Shown piece by piece: positions 62,997 to 64,000 of a stretch of DNA of 64,000 nucleotides. The notes below the pieces were generated by a model. It saw nothing but the letters and a program-made list of their open reading frames with translations. It ran no database searches and was not told where the DNA came from. The DNA is from Candidatus Aminicenantes bacterium (GTDB lineage Bacteria; Acidobacteriota; Aminicenantia; Aminicenantales; Saccharicenantaceae), in assembly GCA_963843505.1 (NCBI GenBank), contig CAWJKR010000009.1, positions 102,506-166,505 on the forward strand. The letters are read 5' to 3'. Numbering within the stretch: the stretch's first letter is position 1; each line of letters begins with the position of its first letter. A program made the position numbers and the translations under genes.

Positions 62997-64000
62997 ATGG
63001 CCAAGATGTCGCGGCGCGAGTTCCTCGGATCGGGCGCGGCCGCTTCAGCGGCGGCCGGGGCGGCCGCTCTTCACCATCGTCCCCCGCCACGTCCTCGGCC
63101 GCGGGCAGACGCCCCCGAGCGACAAGCTGGCCGTCGCCGGGATCGGGATCGGCGGCATGGGCGCCGCGAACCTCCGCGAGCTCGAGTCGGAAGCCATCGT
63201 GGCCCTGTGCGACGTCGACCCGGGCTACGCGGCGGGGACGATCAAACGCTATCCCTCGGCCGAGGTCTTCACCGATTACCGGGTCATGCTCGAAAAGCGG
63301 AAGGACATCGACGCCGTCGTCATCGCGACGCCGGATCACACCCACGCCGTCATCACCATGGCCGCGATCCGAGCCGGCAAACACGTTTATACCCAGAAGC
63401 CTCTCACCCACGACGTCTGGGAGGCCCGACAGCTCACGCTGGCGGCCAAGGCCTCCAAGCTGACGACGCAAATGGGCATCCAGGGCCACTCGGGCGAGGG
63501 CATCCGCCTCATCGTCGAGTGGATCCGCGCCGGGCTCATCGGCGAGGTCCGGGAGGTCGACGGCTGGTGCGACCTGTCCTATTACCCCTGGGGTCACGCC
63601 TATTGGAGCTCGAAGTGGGGCGAGCGGCCGGCCGATACTCCCGCCCTCCCGGCCGGCCTCGACTGGGACCTCTGGATCGGCCCGGCGCCTTTCCGTCCCT
63701 ACCATCCGGCCTATCACCCGCTCGTCTGGCGGTGCTGGTGGGATTTCGGGGTGGGCATGATGGGCGACCGCGGGGCCCACACGCTCGACGCGGCGGTCTG
63801 GGCGCTCGAGCTCGACGCGCCGGAGACGGTCGAGGCCACGAGCTGCGGCCTCAACGCCGAGACCCATCCCCTTACGGCGATCGTCACCTATCGCTTCCCG
63901 GCCCGCGGAGCGCGGCCGCCGGTCAAGCTGACCTGGTACGAGGGGACGCGCGCGCCGCGGCCCGAGGAGCTCGAGGACGGCCGGAAGATGCCGGACGAAG
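62997..64000 (+). CDS. Gfo/Idh/MocA-family oxidoreductase with twin-arginine signal; 3'-partial, one apparent frameshift near 63065
   Basis: GGAGG RBS. MAKMSRREFLGSGAAA (Tat). After a shift: KLAVAGIGIGGMGAANL (Rossmann GxGxxG)...DAVVIATPDHTHA...VYTQKPL. Open to the window end. Not in the track because it has no stop. Confidence 0.75.
   Translation, partial: MAKMSRREFLGSGAAASAAAGAAALHHRPPPRPRPRADAPERQAGRRRDRDRRHGRREPPRARVGSHRGPVRRRPGLRGGDDQTLSLGRGLHRLPGHARKAEGHRRRRHRDAGSHPRRHHHGRDPSRQTRLYPEASHPRRLGGPTAHAGGQGLQADDANGHPGPLGRGHPPHRRVDPRRAHRRGPGGRRLVRPVLLPLGSRLLELEVGRAAGRYSRPPGRPRLGPLDRPGAFPSLPSGLSPARLAVLVGFRGGHDGRPRGPHARRGGLGARARRAGDGRGHELRPQRRDPSPYGDRHLSLPGPRSAAAGQADLVRGDARAAARGARGRPEDAGR

Overview
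This is a 64-kb high-GC bacterial chromosomal segment, roughly two-thirds G+C by eye. It has three visibly lower-GC patches: about 14.8-21.9 kb, 30.2-34.4 kb and 39.4-43.8 kb. Its origin may be Acidobacteriota-like, but I cannot verify that. I found no rRNA, tRNA or CRISPR array. I can support about 55 protein-coding genes.

Gene content:
- Exported hydrolases: S9, M24, C69, aspartyl, S8 and M16 peptidases; a BNR/sortilin-like protein; a CE4-like deacetylase; and FG-GAP and beta-helix lipoproteins. Four of the proteins carry twin-arginine signals.
- Housekeeping genes: surE, fbp, ndk.
- Signalling: a zinc-ribbon Ser/Thr kinase and an OmpR/HK two-component pair.
- Six type II toxin-antitoxin loci.

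Accessory modules that stand out:
1. A 6.3-kb Sec-signal RHS/YD polymorphic toxin with a low-GC C-terminal toxin tip and an exported immunity candidate. It lies in a 12.6-kb block that starts and ends with inverted copies of a ~165-bp MITE-like element bounded by terminal inverted repeats (TIRs).
2. A very low-GC island (S8-FN3 protease, beta-barrel-like protein, AraC regulator). It abuts an IS21 IstB remnant and a truncated methyltransferase, and is flanked by ~40-bp direct repeats.
3. An ECF sigma / anti-sigma / TPR-CHAT protease module next to a membrane-tethered HTH/FG-GAP protein.

Major caveat: at least ~50 apparent 1-nt frameshifts interrupt otherwise recognisable genes, and they are very unevenly distributed. 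Many long ORFs in the supplied track are therefore artefacts (antisense or read-through), and many of my gene models are stitched across frames by eye. All homology statements come from my own recognition of motifs, not from database searches.
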